Part shown: piece by piece, positions 44,106 to 58,380 of the stretch
How positions within the stretch are numbered: the stretch's first letter is position 1
Layout of the letters: each line of letters starts with the position of its first letter
NCBI RefSeq assembly: GCF_009914755.1
Contig: NC_060941.1
Length of the DNA stretch: 64,000 bases
Origin: the human T2T-CHM13v2.0 reference genome, Homo sapiens
Reading direction: 5' to 3' (one strand)
Notes under the pieces: model-generated
The model's database searches: none
Told to the model about the DNA's origin: nothing
Seen by the model: only the letters and a program-made list of their open reading frames with translations
Position numbers and translations under genes: made by a program

Positions 44106-46326
44106 CTACAGATACACAGATAATGGAAAGCACTAATAAAAACTGACAATCCATGACTAGCAGCTCTAATAATTTGTTTCAAAAATAAGTCAATAGATAC
44201 TCCCAATACCAACTTTTCCAGCCCTTTTGTGAAAATCTAGCCTGAAACAGACTGTAACAACTAAATGAATCTCTGCTGCTAGTTAAAAGGTAAAGAGGTA
44301 GCTCTTCAAAATAGTTTGAAAATATTCCTATCTTGGAAAGTTGACAAAATGAAGTAGATGGCATTTACTTGATCCCCGCAAATTAGCATTTGAGGGCATT
44401 AGTTGGCATTACTTTCTTCAGGTGAGATAGTTCAGTAACATGAGACACAAGTCTTCAAGATATTATTTCTAAATATTTTCTACTGAGAATAGGAAGAAAT
44501 GAATGATTATCTTTAAAAACATCAAAATTTTTGTGTTGCCAAAAGTCCCAGTGATTATTTTTAAAGTGTCATTGATTGTTTTCCCAATTATCAAAATAAT
44601 ATGCCTTTACTCACTAAAGAGAAAAAATATAGAAAAGTAGAAAATATGATTTAGCCATACTCCTATTACTACTTTGTTCGTCTTAACAAGATAGAGGTTA
44701 TAATGTTCTCACAACTTTATATTATGCTTTTTAGTATTGACATTAAACAGTAGACCCAAATCATGAAATATTCTTTGAGATAAAGTATGTTAGTGGCTCT
44801 AATGGAAAACAGCTTAAATTTCTAACAATAAATTATGTATGAAAGAACATTATGTAGCAGTTAAAATGCTTTTCTCGAAGACTATTCCATAACATAGGAC
44901 TCCCAAATAATATTAAATTTTTAAAAGCATAAAATATAATGGTATGTATACTATAATCCAGATATACTATCACTGAACAAAAACTTTAAGTGAATCTCTA
45001 ATTGTTTAATAGTATCACTTACCAGAAGAAGAATTAACGGGTAGAGGGGAACTCTGATTATTTTGATATGTATTACCAAACTGCTTCCCAGGAAATTTCT
45101 ACCAATCCATAGCCCCACCAGTAATATATGAAAGTGCCCATTTGCTGCTCTTACGCCAGCTCTAAATGTCATGCATTTTCATTATTGCAAATTTGATAGG
45201 CCAAAGGTAGTTATTTCATTGATTTAATTTGTATTTTATCATTAAGCTTTAACATTTTTTCTTATATTTGTTGATCGCCTATATTTTCTCTTTGGAGGCT
45301 TATCTGTTCATGTGACTCAATTTAAAAAGGACCCTCTAATACTGTGTTGACAATAAATTTTCAAACACACAAGAACATCTGGACAAAAACTGCAGAAAAA
45401 ATTCAAATTAGAACCATCTTTCTGAAAGTAGTCATCACTGAAAGGGTTACTAAGAGAAGAAACTGAATCTCCACTGGAAATTAAGAAAGTAGCTATCATT
45501 TTAAGGATATTTTCAATTCTTAAAGGCAGTCAAGGGTAGGAAGAACTGTAGAATAAACCAATACTTCAGAGTAATCTGATGCTCAGGGAAGGCGTAGAAG
45601 CCCTTCTGATTCTAAACAAAAATTTATGATGAATTAATTCAAAAAGATCATTAGTGAACTATCAGCCATTCTCAGGATTCCTGGGGATTGTGTGCCTCTG
45701 TATGTGTTTTTGTACAGCGGGGAGGGGTTGCAGTAGGAAGTGACAGTGCGCAGGGTGCCCCAAGAAACTCCTCCGCTCACCAGACTTTCAGCTCCTTGAT
45801 TCTCTAAACTCTTCTACTACAGATGCTGTGGTAGAGAACTACAGCAAGTGCTCATCACATGGGAATAAGTCATGCAAACATGAGGAAAAATGGTGCTAGC
45901 TGTGCTCATCAAAATGTATACTTCTAAAATAATTTGTATAATTTGCACATCTTCAAACATGGAATGTCTTCTTTCAATGGAGGAGGGTGGAATGGGGTTG
46001 GAGGGCCCATCGCATAGCCTGAGGGTTAGAGGTGACCTGAGCCCATTCAGAAGCCTGGTCAGAGGCCAGTAACCAACTGAAATGCTCCCTACATTACTAT
46101 GGCAACTGGCCAATCTCAGCACCATTTTTCTATTTAATCAAGCAAATTCCATGCCCTAAGATGGTCTCATTTGATGATGTCACTACATCCTAAAAGGGAA
46201 TCATAACATATATACAGGAGGCGTTTCATGATACAGACTAAAAAAATAAAGGTTTTGGTCTCAAATATTGTTTATTTTAATTTAGTGACAGCAATGATGA
46301 AGCAGCCTATTTAAGAGATAAGATGG

Positions 46327-46744
46327 TCATATGGTTTGGATCTGTGTCCCTGCACAAATCTCAAGTCAAATTGTAATCCACAATGTTGGGGGTGGGGCCT
46401 GGTGGGAGGTGATTGGATCGTGGGGGTAGATCCTTCATGAATGGTTTAGCACCGTCCCTTCGGCGCTGTTCTCAGGATAGTGAATGAGTTCTCTGGAGAT
46501 CTGGTTGTTTAAAAGTGTGTGGCACCCTCCCCCGTTCTCTCTTGCCCCTGGACCCTTCATTTAAGATACCTGCTCCTCCTTTGCCTTCTGCCATGATTGG
46601 AAGCTTCCTAAGGGCTCCCCAGAAGCAGAAGCCATTATGCTTCCTGTACAGCCTGTAGAACCAGGCGCCAATTAAACCTCTTTTCTTTATAAATTACTGA
46701 GTCTCAGGTATTTCTTTATAGCAATGTGAGAATGGCGGAATACA
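46327..46744 (+). mobile_element. MSTA/MSTB MaLR solo LTR
   Basis: atatggtttggatctgtgtccc...ccaattaaacctcttttctttataaattac...aataca. Confidence 0.9.
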
Positions 46745-47012
46745 GATGGCGTGTTCACCTTAAAACATTGTGTGTCCTAATGGTGTCTATTTAATTGGTC
46801 TTCTTTGCTTTGCATTCAGAATTACCTCTTAAAGTGGTTGTTCTTAAAGTATATAATGCATTTAAAAAAAAAATAGGCAGTGGTTTTGCCATTGCTGAAA
46901 ACAGTCACAGATTTATTGATAGGGGGTTGGCTTCAACAGATGAAGTAAAACATAAGTCAATAAATAAATAACCACAGTAACTCAACCAGTGGGTTATAAT
47001 CATAAAAATTCA

Positions 47013-47627
<615 letters not shown>

Positions 47628-47986
47628 CTATTTGTAAATCTCTCCTGTTAAAAAATAAAAAGTAAAATAAGACAGTCACATAAAATAATCTCTGGTGAAA
47701 CATACAGATAAAAGGCCACATCTGACTTAGTATCAGTTGCAGAGGCCCCGAACACATTAGATGCTTGTTCTCATTTGTTATCCACATTCACCATTGATAA
47801 TATATTCCAACAAAGTTTTTTTTTAATCTCTATGTCTCTAGAATGTATAAAGATCACATTTTTATTGGCCATTTGGACTTTTGAATTTTTGTGAAAATTA
47901 TGAGAGTAATATTGTCTTGTTGTAACAAATTCAAATTAGGAGCCTAAACTATGCATCTTAACGGATAGGGATTCAAAATAGATTTC

Positions 47987-48241
47987 TCACTTGAAGTCAG
48001 GAGTTCGAGACCAGCCTAGCCAACAAGACGAAATGTCGTCTCTGTTAAAAATACAAAAATTAGCCAGCTGTTGTGGCAGGCACCTGTAATCCCATCTACT
48101 CAGGAGGCTGAGGCAGGAGAATCGCTTGAACCTGGTGGCGGGGGTGGGGGGCAGATAGATTGCAATGAGCTGAGATCGCACCACTGCACTCCAGCCTGGG
48201 CTACAGAGAGACTCCGTCTAAAAAATAAATAAATAAATAAA
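47987..48241 (+). mobile_element. 5'-truncated AluS with a G-run expansion
   Basis: Starts at tcacttgaagtcaggag; (TAAA)n tail; TSD aaatagatttc. Confidence 0.88.
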
Positions 48242-49688
48242 TAGATTTCCGTCTCAAACCATGATAGACTAATAAAAACTAGACTTAGCCTCTTATATCT
48301 AAAAATCTAGACAAGAAACTACTGATTTCAGACATTGGACAATGGACAGCACAGGACTCTGAGCCATGAGAAAAGAGAAACAAGGTGAGCCCACCTATTT
48401 ATTAGCTATGTGACACTGGGTAAATTACTTAACCTCTCTGTGCCTCGGTTGCTTCACTTAGAAATAATAGGGAATAATAATAGCACTTCCTTCTTTGGAC
48501 TGTTGTGAGCAGTGGTAGCAGCAGGGAATTGCTTGGCAACTCCCCGCCCCTGCCCCCACAAGTCATCCTAAATAAACACTCCATCTGGATGACAATGGTG
48601 TGGTTGATATGCAAACGCAGCTCGAGGCAAGTACCTGGATCTCCTTTCCTGGCAACCTACAACCTGTAAGCACCTCGAATGTATAACAGAAATCCTAGGG
48701 AAGCCATGGGGTTATGAGGGCTAAGACAATGCTATGTATTTAGAAGGATTAGCAGAGTGTCGGACACATAGAAAGTGTGCAATAGATCTTAACTTTTTAA
48801 ATTGCTACCTCAGAGAAGTAGATAAAGTAAAAGAAAAATATCCTTCCTCCCCGCAAAGGTGAACTCCTCAGAAGTAGCCACTAAATAGTTCATTAATAGT
48901 TGTATCTTTCCAGATTTTTCCTATTCATATACCAACATGTGTATTATTTATATTTTATATACCTCTACCTATATACCATCTATACCTATATACAAAGCTT
49001 TTTAATACAAAAACTGAATTATCCTAATCATTTGATATATCATTGTAGATCTTTTTTTTTTTTTTAACTTAAGTATATTTTCTGGGCCACTCCCCCTGTT
49101 AGAACATACAGATCTACTTCATTCTTTTTACCAGTTCCATTGTCTGAAACTTTTGGTCGTTATTATTCCAGAAAGCCAAGGATGCCACAGACCACTACGT
49201 ATCTTTTAGCATTTAAATGTCATTCTGTTTTGGGGTTAATGTCTATGGACTTTTTTACTAAAAAGCAAAACTACAATCAGATCCAATTCTATGCACTGCT
49301 CAGAAAAATAAAAATTCTTTAGTGACTACTTAAATAGCTATGTCTTGAGGACTTTGGTACCCAAGTACAAAATAATCTATCTGTAGAATTGCGTTCAAGT
49401 CAAAATCCACACAGATCACATGATAAAATAGCTGCCCGTGGCCCTGTGCTTATAGAACCCTAGTTCTCTTTCTGCTAAATTCTTCCTTCCTACGGCCCCC
49501 AAACGTGTTATACTGGCCAAACTTACAGACTGATGGTAAAAACAAAAGCCTTAGTTACCATTTGCAGTTCTTTGCTTCAATTTGAAACTTAAACATTACT
49601 TTTTGAAAAAGGAAATTTAAAGTACTGAGGCATTAGGGTCCTTAAAGTTGTCTTTAGTTCCAACCCCTTCCCTATGTCAGATCAATAA

Positions 49689-50091
<403 letters not shown>

Positions 50092-50094
50092 TGG

Positions 50095-50384
50095 TTTATT
50101 TTATTTTCAGAGACAGAATCTTGCTCTGTTGCCCAGGCTGGAATGCAGTGGCATGATCACTGCTCACTGCAGCCTTGAACTCCTAGGCTCAAGCAATCCT
50201 CCCAAGTAGCTGGAGCTACAAACACACACCACCATGCCTGGCTACTTTTATTTATTTATTTTAGTAGAGATGAGCAGGTTTCACTATGTTGCCCAGGCTG
50301 GTCTCAAACTCCTGGCCACAAGTGATCCCCCACCTCAACTTCCCAAAGTGCTGGGATTACAGGCATGAGCCATCATGCCCAGCC
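50095..50384 (-). mobile_element. AluJ
   Basis: catgatcactgctcactgcagccttgaactcc. Confidence 0.88.
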
Positions 50385-52133
50385 TGCTTAATTCTTGACA
50401 ATAAGAGATCCAGAAACCAATAGCTCACTTCATCCTTCAACCATGGAATTTCACGTGTAGAATGCCACGTGAGTTTTCCCAGCATTTGTTATATAGGCAT
50501 CTTGAGACGTCTCAACCCATGTTTGAAATGTGAGTCATCTGCTCCAGGGGTGATATCTGAAGATGCAGAGGTTTACACACCAGATGAGATATGTGGACTG
50601 AGAAAAACAAATATAGTTTACAAAAGCACCTGGTGATGTGTTTTTTAATTAGAGGTGAGATTTGTCTTAGAATCTGGAATCTAAAGCATAAAGCATAGTG
50701 GTTTACAGATCACAGAAGTAGAACTCCTCATGTACGGCAGTCAGTTTCATATGGAGAGAATATTTTACAGCCACACCTGAAGTTCTAGCTCCACCAGCCA
50801 TCTTGTAAGCCATTCAGGAAGACTGAATAAAAGACATCACGTGGGGATGGTTTCACCAAAATATTCCACTGTCATGCATTTTGGGCCATTAATGGTCAAG
50901 AAAACCAAGACTGTCATGAACTAAGAAATACTTAAAAACTGAAAACTGATTTCTACCTCCAACCATGACAGAATAATAAAAACCAGACTTAGCCTCTTAT
51001 ATCTAAAAATCTAGACAAAATATATGAAACAACTGCATTCAGACCTCAGACAACAGGCATCATAGGCTCTGATCCTTGAGAGAAGGGAAACAAATAAGGT
51101 GAGCCCTCTGATTGTCAAGGTATTGTGCCTAAAGGCAATTTTCAGACAATGAGAAAAAACATGAAAACTGAACAGAGCCTGGCAGCTTTTGTGAGTTGAG
51201 AAAGTGATCAGAATTCAGGGAGGCTGAGAAAGCTAGAAATTGTAGAGCAGGTTTCTGGAATAAAGTGAGCTATGCCGAAATAGAGATCCAGAAATCTACA
51301 AAGGGATCTTTGTGAGTCTTTGCTGAGAATAGGCTGCATATGCATCAAGGAACACTCCACAAACCTTGGCAAAGAGTGATGGCAGAGCTGTTAGCTGAAC
51401 AATTTCTAGAACTTACAGAGGGTGGAGATACATTATGAACACAGACTAACTAGATTGGAGGGTCATTGACAATCACCTGGAGCATTCAAGGGAGACACTA
51501 GAGAGGCCACACGTTAGAGGTAGGGCTGAACTATACCTGGAGTGAAGGTAATGAAGACTCACTCTAGCAAAGCTTGAAAACAGGTCTCAAAGATATCAAG
51601 CTAATCCACAAGTAACTTAACTACCTGACATCAAGACACTCCAATATGTAACATCACAATGTCCAGCATCCAGTCAAAAATGACCAGACATAATAAGGAG
51701 CTCAAAAATGTAACCCCTAAAGAAAAATCAGTCAATGGAAGGAGGCCTAGAAATGGCAGAGATGATGGAACTAGTAAACTACATACAAGTATTTGATACA
51801 AGGACATTGAGAAGACAGAAATGGAAGACTGGAGAAGAACCAAATAAACTTCAGGAATAAAACATACAATATATACTTGCACAACTTCACTACATGAGAT
51901 TAACAGCACATTAGAAATTAGTGAGCTCAGACTTTTTTTTTAACTAAAAAAGAAAATTAAAAGCACCTTGGTAACCTATGGTGCAATAGCAAAGGTTCTA
52001 ATATTAAGGTTTTGCAGTGCCATAAAAAAAAGTAGAGAGACAAAAATATTTGAGGAAATAATGGCTGAATATTTCCCAAATTTGCTGAAAACTATAAATA
52101 CCTAGGTCAAGAAGCTCCACAAACTCCAAGAAT

Positions 52134-52171
52134 ACACACACACACACACACACACATACGTGCACACACAC
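52134..52171. repeat. Interrupted (CA)n microsatellite
   Basis: Read directly from the sequence. Confidence 0.9.
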
Positions 52172-52827
52172 AACCCCCTGCTGCCACCACCACTCCAAGG
52201 CTCATAATCAAAATGCTGAAAACCAGGGATAGAGAGAAAATTTGAAAATCAGACAGGAAGGACATATTTGGAAAAAAAGAACGAAGATAAGAATTAGTGC
52301 TGAATTATTGTCAGAAACTACCCAAACCAGAAGACAAACAACATTTTAAAAGGGCTGGAAGAAAGTGTAAGCCTCAAATTCTATATCTAGTGAAAATATC
52401 CTTCAAAAAATGAAGGTGAAATAAAATCTTTTCATAAAAACGAAATCCAAAAGAATTCATCAGCAGCAGACCTGCAATAAGAGAATTGTTAAAGGAAATT
52501 CTTCAGGCAAAAGGAAATTATACCAGATGGAAACTTGGATCCACACAAAGAAATAAAAATGTCAGAAATGGTAAGCATGTGTGCTAATAAGAAAAAAAAA
52601 AATCTTTCTAACTTTCAAATTTCTTTAAAAGATCATTATTTAAACTAAAAATAAAAAATTGTGGCATTAATAAAATAGAAGTAAATTATATGGTAGCCAT
52701 AGCACAAATGATAGGAGGGCTTAGATGGCCATATTAGATTATAAGGGTCTTATAACTGAAGTGAAATAATGTCATTTAAACATATACTGTGATAAGTTAA
52801 AAATATGTATTGCAAACTTTAGAATAG

Positions 52828-53302
52828 CCAGTTCTCAAAATGTAAACTAAGGACCCATGGGTATGCCTAAGACCTCTTTGGAGGTGAAATGGTCAAAATT
52901 GTTTTCATAGTAAATACTCAGATGCTATTTGCCTTTCTCACAAATTTACAATGGAGCTTTTCAGAGGTGACATGATACATACTATCACAACAGGCTGAAT
53001 GAGGATGAGAGCCCAGCTACTAAGCTAAAAATTACTTTGCCAAAAATATAAAACAATACTAAATACTTCTTACTAAATTATTTTTTGTTTCAGAAAAAAA
53101 ATAATAAAAATAAATGTTTTAATAAAAACATTATGTTAATGTATAATGGATTATTATGGTTATTTTAAAATAATTTATAGTTTTTAATTTCTAGTATAAT
53201 AAATACAATAGATATAATCCACATAAGTAAAAGCTCTTTGAGGTCCTCAATATTTTTAAGAATGTAAAGGTGTCCTGAGATAAAAATGTTTTTGAACCAC
53301 TG
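52828..53302. mobile_element. Charlie1 (1b-like) hAT deletion derivative
   Basis: cagttctcaaa...ggagcttttcagagg...aaaagctctttgaggtcctcaat...tttgaaccactg. Confidence 0.75.
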
Positions 53303-53591
53303 AGCTGGAGCAATATCTAAGACTAAAAAACAAGAGTTTTGACCAATAATGAAGGAAAAAAATGGAAGACAAAAAAGACTCATAATTATTCCAAGAGAAA
53401 AGAGAACCAAAAATAAGACAAAGAAAAAACAGGAAAATGATACAAATCCAACTATGCTGATAATTAAACAATCCAATTAAAAGGCACAGATTATTAGAAA
53501 TCGTTTTTAAATAGCAATATTGAACTATAAGCTGTCCAGGAAAAATCTCACTTTAAATATAAAACACAAATAAGTTAAAAATAAAAATATG

Positions 53592-53899
53592 GGCTGGGCA
53601 CGGTGGCTCACGCCTGTAATCCCAGCACTTTGGGAGGCTGAGGCTGGTGGATCACGAGGTCAGAAGTTCAAGACCAGCCTGGCCAAGATGGTGAAACCCC
53701 AACTCCACTAAAAATACAAAAATTAGCCGGGCATGGTGGAAGTTGCCTGTAATCCCAGCTACTCAGGAGGCTGAGGCAGAGAATTGCTTGAACCTGGGAG
53801 GCGGAGGTTGCAGTGAGCCGAGATCATGCCACTGCACTCCAGCCTGGGCGACAGAGTGAGACTCCATCTCAAGAGAAAAGAAAAAAGAAATAAATAAAA
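53592..53899 (+). mobile_element. AluS (Sg-like)
   Basis: Full Alu with an A-rich tail. Confidence 0.92.
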
Positions 53900-54537
53900 G
53901 TATGAGAAAAGATAGACTGTTTAAACACTAATCAAAAGAATACAGAAGTGGCTATATTAATATCAAATCAAGTAGACTTCTAAACAAGAAATATTATCGG
54001 AGATAAAGAGAAAAATAAGGATAAAGGGATCAGTCAAGGAGATATAGCAATATTAAATGTTTATGTAATCATTTACCTAACTTTCAACACCTAAAGCAAA
54101 AATTGACAGAACTAAAATGAGAAATAGACAAATCCACATTATATTTCAATATTTCAACGTTTGTCTGTTAGTAAATCATAGAGCAAGTAAACAAAATATT
54201 GGTTAATACAATATTTAGCAATATTACTAACAACTTTATGGCAAGAAATTTGACAACATAGATGAAATGGACAAAATTTTTGAAAGATACAAATAACCAA
54301 AACTGATTAAAGAAGAGTTAGAAAACCTGAGTAGCCTTGTAGTATTTTTTAAAAATTGAATCTACAGTTTAAAAACTTTCCTCAAAGAAAACTTCAAGCT
54401 CCAATGGGTTCACTGGTGAATTCTACCAAACTTTTAAGGAAGAAATACCTCAGTTTTTAAAAGCCTATGGCTTACTTTGGTGGTGCGCATCTTTCACAAT
54501 GATTAACTTACTCTCTAAATTCTAACTCAGTCAATTC

Positions 54538-54845
54538 TTTTTTTTTTTTTTGAGATGGAGTCTCGCTCTGTCCCCCAGGCTGGAGTGCAGTGGCGCCAAG
54601 ATGGCGCCACTGCAAGCTCCGCCTCCTGGGTTCACGCCATTCTCCTGCCTCAGCCTCCAGCGTAGCTGGGACTACAGCCGCCTGCCACCACACCTGGCTA
54701 ATTTTTTTTTTTTTTTTTTTTTTTTTTTAGTAGAGACGGGTTTCACCGTGTTAGCTAGGATGGTCTCGATCTCCTGAACTCGTGATCTGCCAGCCTCGGC
54801 CTCCCAAAGTGTTGGGATTACAGGCGTGAGCCACCGCGCCCAGCC
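54538..54845 (-). mobile_element. AluY with an expanded middle A-tract and a rearranged hairpin
   Basis: AluY diagnostics; TSD agtcaattctt. Confidence 0.92.
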
Positions 54846-55008
54846 AGTCAATTCTTAAGAGAGCATGTGCAGCACATACTAAGATCATTAACCGATGCTA
54901 TAAATATCTCATACTTGCAAAGAAACAGCAAATTCTTTGGAAAAATGACTGAAAATAGCTATGGAAAAATCCCCTAAATTAGGCAACTGCTTATTATACA
55001 TTTAATCA

Positions 55009-55391
55009 TGATGTTTTGGTTTGAATGTTTCCCTCTAAAACTCAAGTTGAAATTTAATTACCATTGTGCAGTATTAAGAGGTGAGACTTTTAAGAGGTGA
55101 TTATGTTATAAGGGGTCTGACCTCATGAATGGAATAATGCCATTATTGTGGGAGTGGATTAGTTATCACAGAAGTGGGCTCCTGATAAAATAATAAATTC
55201 ACCCCCGTTGTCTCTGTCTCTTTCATTCACTTGTCCTTCTGCCATATTATGATGTAGCAAGAAGACCCCCATCAGATGTAGCCCCTGGATCTTGGACTTC
55301 CTAGCCTCCAGAACTGTGAGCCCAATAAATCTCCGCCTTTATAAATCACCCAGTCTCTGGTATTCTGTTATAGCAGCAGAAAACTAAGACA
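55009..55391 (+). mobile_element. MSTC/MSTD-like MaLR solo LTR
   Basis: ggtttgaatgtttccctc.aaaactca.gttgaaa...cttggacttcctagcctccagaactgtgag...actaagaca. Confidence 0.85.
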
Positions 55392-56057
55392 TGTGCCCAA
55401 ACAGAATTTTAAGAAATGAGACATGGGCTACAAAGTCAAATACAATGTTTGACTAGGTGCACTTAATTTACAGTCAACTGTTATTTACATACTGAAAAAA
55501 ATGCTACAATAGTCTTCCATAAATATTAACATACTAAATATAGAATCAATCACACAGAGATTTTAAGAACCGGAAAGCTCCATTTGCTATCCAAAAGTTG
55601 GCTTCATACTGGGTAAACATTTTATTAGCATATTTAAGCAAGACTGGAAGATCATAAATATTTTAAAGTACAAAAATCTACAGACCATTTTCTGCAGAAG
55701 ACACAAGTTTACATGACTTGCCCCACACCCTGCCTTAGATCAGGGGCAAGCATAGGCTTGAAGGGCTCACATACAAACCCCTTTAGTTCCTTTGTAGCCA
55801 CTTAATTACAGTTCTAAATAGGAGCGGAAATAAAACAGCGCTGCCAATACACTAACAAATACCAGAAGTAGAAGAAATCATATCAGACATCAATGTTTAA
55901 TTTCTCTTTATGCATATATTACATAAGAATACAGGAAAACTTCATCTCTTCAAAAAAAAAAGTTTGGTTAAGGAACTCTATTCATCGATGGTATATAAAT
56001 TATTACACTTTGGAGAGCTAGATGGTGGTATCCAGTAAAGTTGAAATGGCAAATTAC

Positions 56058-56091
56058 CTGTGACTCAGCAATTCAATTTCTTGGTATGTAC
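56058..56091 (-). other. TEKT3: Probable TEKT3 non-coding 5'UTR micro-exon (34 nt)
   Basis: Acceptor tttgcatttctctag|G and donor CAG|gtaatt. An alternative acceptor (gttgcag|G) would extend the exon to 56248. Confidence 0.55.
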
Positions 56092-56297
56092 CTAGAGAAA
56101 TGCAAATATGTTTACAATTAGAATGTACAAGAATTCCTTTCTAGTATTTTTAAAGGGAGCAAACTAAAAGTCCATCAACAGGAGGATGCATACATAATAT
56201 GTGGTAAATTCATGCAAGAATCACCACACAACAGTTCAAATGAATGACCTGCAACACGTACAGCATAACCATTCTATCAACTTAAAAAGTAACAGTA

Positions 56298-56654
<357 letters not shown>

Positions 56655-57099
56655 CTAAATTCTGTTGGTTAATAGGGATAGGTAAGGAGAGAGGGGAATG
56701 GGATTTCCAAGGGTTACATAACAGACCTTAATTGTGCCTGTAATCGATTTTTTGTTGGTTTAAGTTTGGACTGGGTACATGGATTCACCCCTGGGTTCAC
56801 TCTACTTATTGTGTGAAGTATTTTATTTTAAAGAAGAAAAAAGTAGAATATTTTGTCAGTTACCTCAAAACATTTTCGCCTGTTAGTAAAACTGTATATT
56901 TTTTTCACAATAATCAAACAAATAATTTTACCCATTTCCAGGATGTTTATTTCTCTACAATACTATATACATCCAGGAGAAAACATAAAGGGGTTTGGTC
57001 TAAACTGCCCAAACACAAGCGAAAGCTTTGCAGCCAAGCTAAACAGAAACGACTTTGGGCGGTGAGAGAACAGCTTTGATCTGAATTTAAGGAGCTCGG

Positions 57100-57970
57100 T
57101 CTACAAGACCAGGTGATTGAACTCTCCTCCCCGTGGCTGCAGATCTGAAGGCTCGGCTATTGAAGCAGAGGGGGACGAGGAACAGCGTGCGGGGCGGCCA
57201 GCACCGCAGTGGAAAGGCACAGCGCTGCTAACGGGTAATTATTAGAATTAAGAAATTAAACGAATTAGCACAGTGTCGGGGGTTCGGATGCCCCTTCCCT
57301 GGGCATCCCTTGAAAACCCTTGAAAAGCATCAGAAAGGTAAATTACGAGGAAACCAACGTCTGGGTGGGAGGTGCCTGTGGATTTGTACGGTTTTTATTT
57401 GGAAGGAAAAGTGAAGATCGCGGGGAGGAATTGCAGGGTGTCCGCGACCTCCCGCGATCCTGAGGCGAGAAGTTGGAGTCCTGGTTGGCGAAGGGGGATC
57501 CTTTGGGGTAGTCCTAGAGGCAGGCTAGAGTCAGCGAGACCACTCACCTGTCGGCGGATGCCCGGCGAGGGGCGGGAAGGGGCTGTGGGAGGAAGGGGTC
57601 GCAGCCTACCACCTGCAGCCCTCGACTGGGGCCCAGACCAGTCTGGCCCTGGCCCCGCCTTTCCTATCTGTGACGATAGCAGCGCCTGAGGGCCACTCAG
57701 CGGCCGCCCCGGCCGGCTCGCCGGAGCTGACTGGCCAGTTATAGGAGAGGCGGGAGCTGTCAGGCCAGGAGGGAAACCCGTCGGGCGGCGGTTACTATGG
57801 ACGCGCTCACGCTTAGTAACCGAGGCTCCCCGCCCTCCGGGAGACCTCCTTGGTTTGGGAGGTGAAAGGGGTGAAGAGTAGCCCAAGGGAGAGGCCTCGG
57901 TGATTTCCCGACCTCTCCTGTGAAGCCTGATTCGGAACTCTTCCAGCTGCGAAGAACTTGGCCGATTCTA
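57100..57970. promoter_or_regulatory. CpG island / TEKT3 promoter with GC boxes, RFX-like X-boxes and a MYB-like site
   Basis: The largest CpG-dense non-Alu stretch in the window. GGGGCGGG at about 57569, GGCCCCGCC at 57651, CCAGTTA at 57735, GTTACTATGG at 57791. Confidence 0.85.
57548..57675 (-). other. TEKT3: Probable TEKT3 non-coding exon 1
   Basis: Consensus donor CAG|gtgagt at 57547 inside the CpG island. The TSS position is approximate. Confidence 0.75.
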
Positions 57971-58184
57971 AGGCACATCAGGGCTGCCTGGAACCCTAAC
58001 ACCTGCCTAGGTGTTGACAAGCCCCCACCTTTCCTGACCAGCCTCTCTTCTCTCCAGCAGAGCTTCTCCTGTGACAGAATTATCTAGTGTTCCTTCCCTG
58101 CTTCCTCACTCTAAGAAAATGGTTTGGGCTTTCCCTCTCTCTCTTCAGCAAATATTTCCGTAAACAGCAGCCCGTACTGTTTCT

Positions 58185-58380
58185 TCCAGGTGCTGGCCCA
58201 CATTTTTACATACATACATCATTGCTCATCCATGCAACCTCTTTCCAAACCTGTAAGAGGGGTTTATATTGTACAGATGAAGAAACTGAAGTTCGAGAAG
58301 TTAATTGACTTAGACAATGTGACTCAGTGGCAGAGCTAACACTAAAACTCAAATCAGTCAAACTTCAAGGCATCTTTCCA
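58185..58380 (-). mobile_element. MIR
   Basis: tacagatgaagaaactgaagttcgagaagttaattgactt core. Confidence 0.7.

Larger units (their letters stand above)
50950..54450 (+). mobile_element. Old fragmented L1M (5' region, ORF1 and ORF2 remnants), interrupted by Charlie1 and an Alu
   Basis: A-rich + strand; ataatggctgaa.atttcccaaattt, aaaatatccttcaaaaa.tgaaggtgaaataaa, gatgaaatggacaaa, ttcactggtgaattctaccaaac. Confidence 0.8.

Noticed and set aside
57307-57326. 10-bp tandem duplication cccttgaaaa x2
   Set aside because: An ordinary slippage duplication with no supportable function.
57372-58020. Pro/Arg/Gly-rich ORFs of 86-163 aa
   Set aside because: Expected from stop-codon depletion in a GC-rich CpG island, and they use non-ATG starts.
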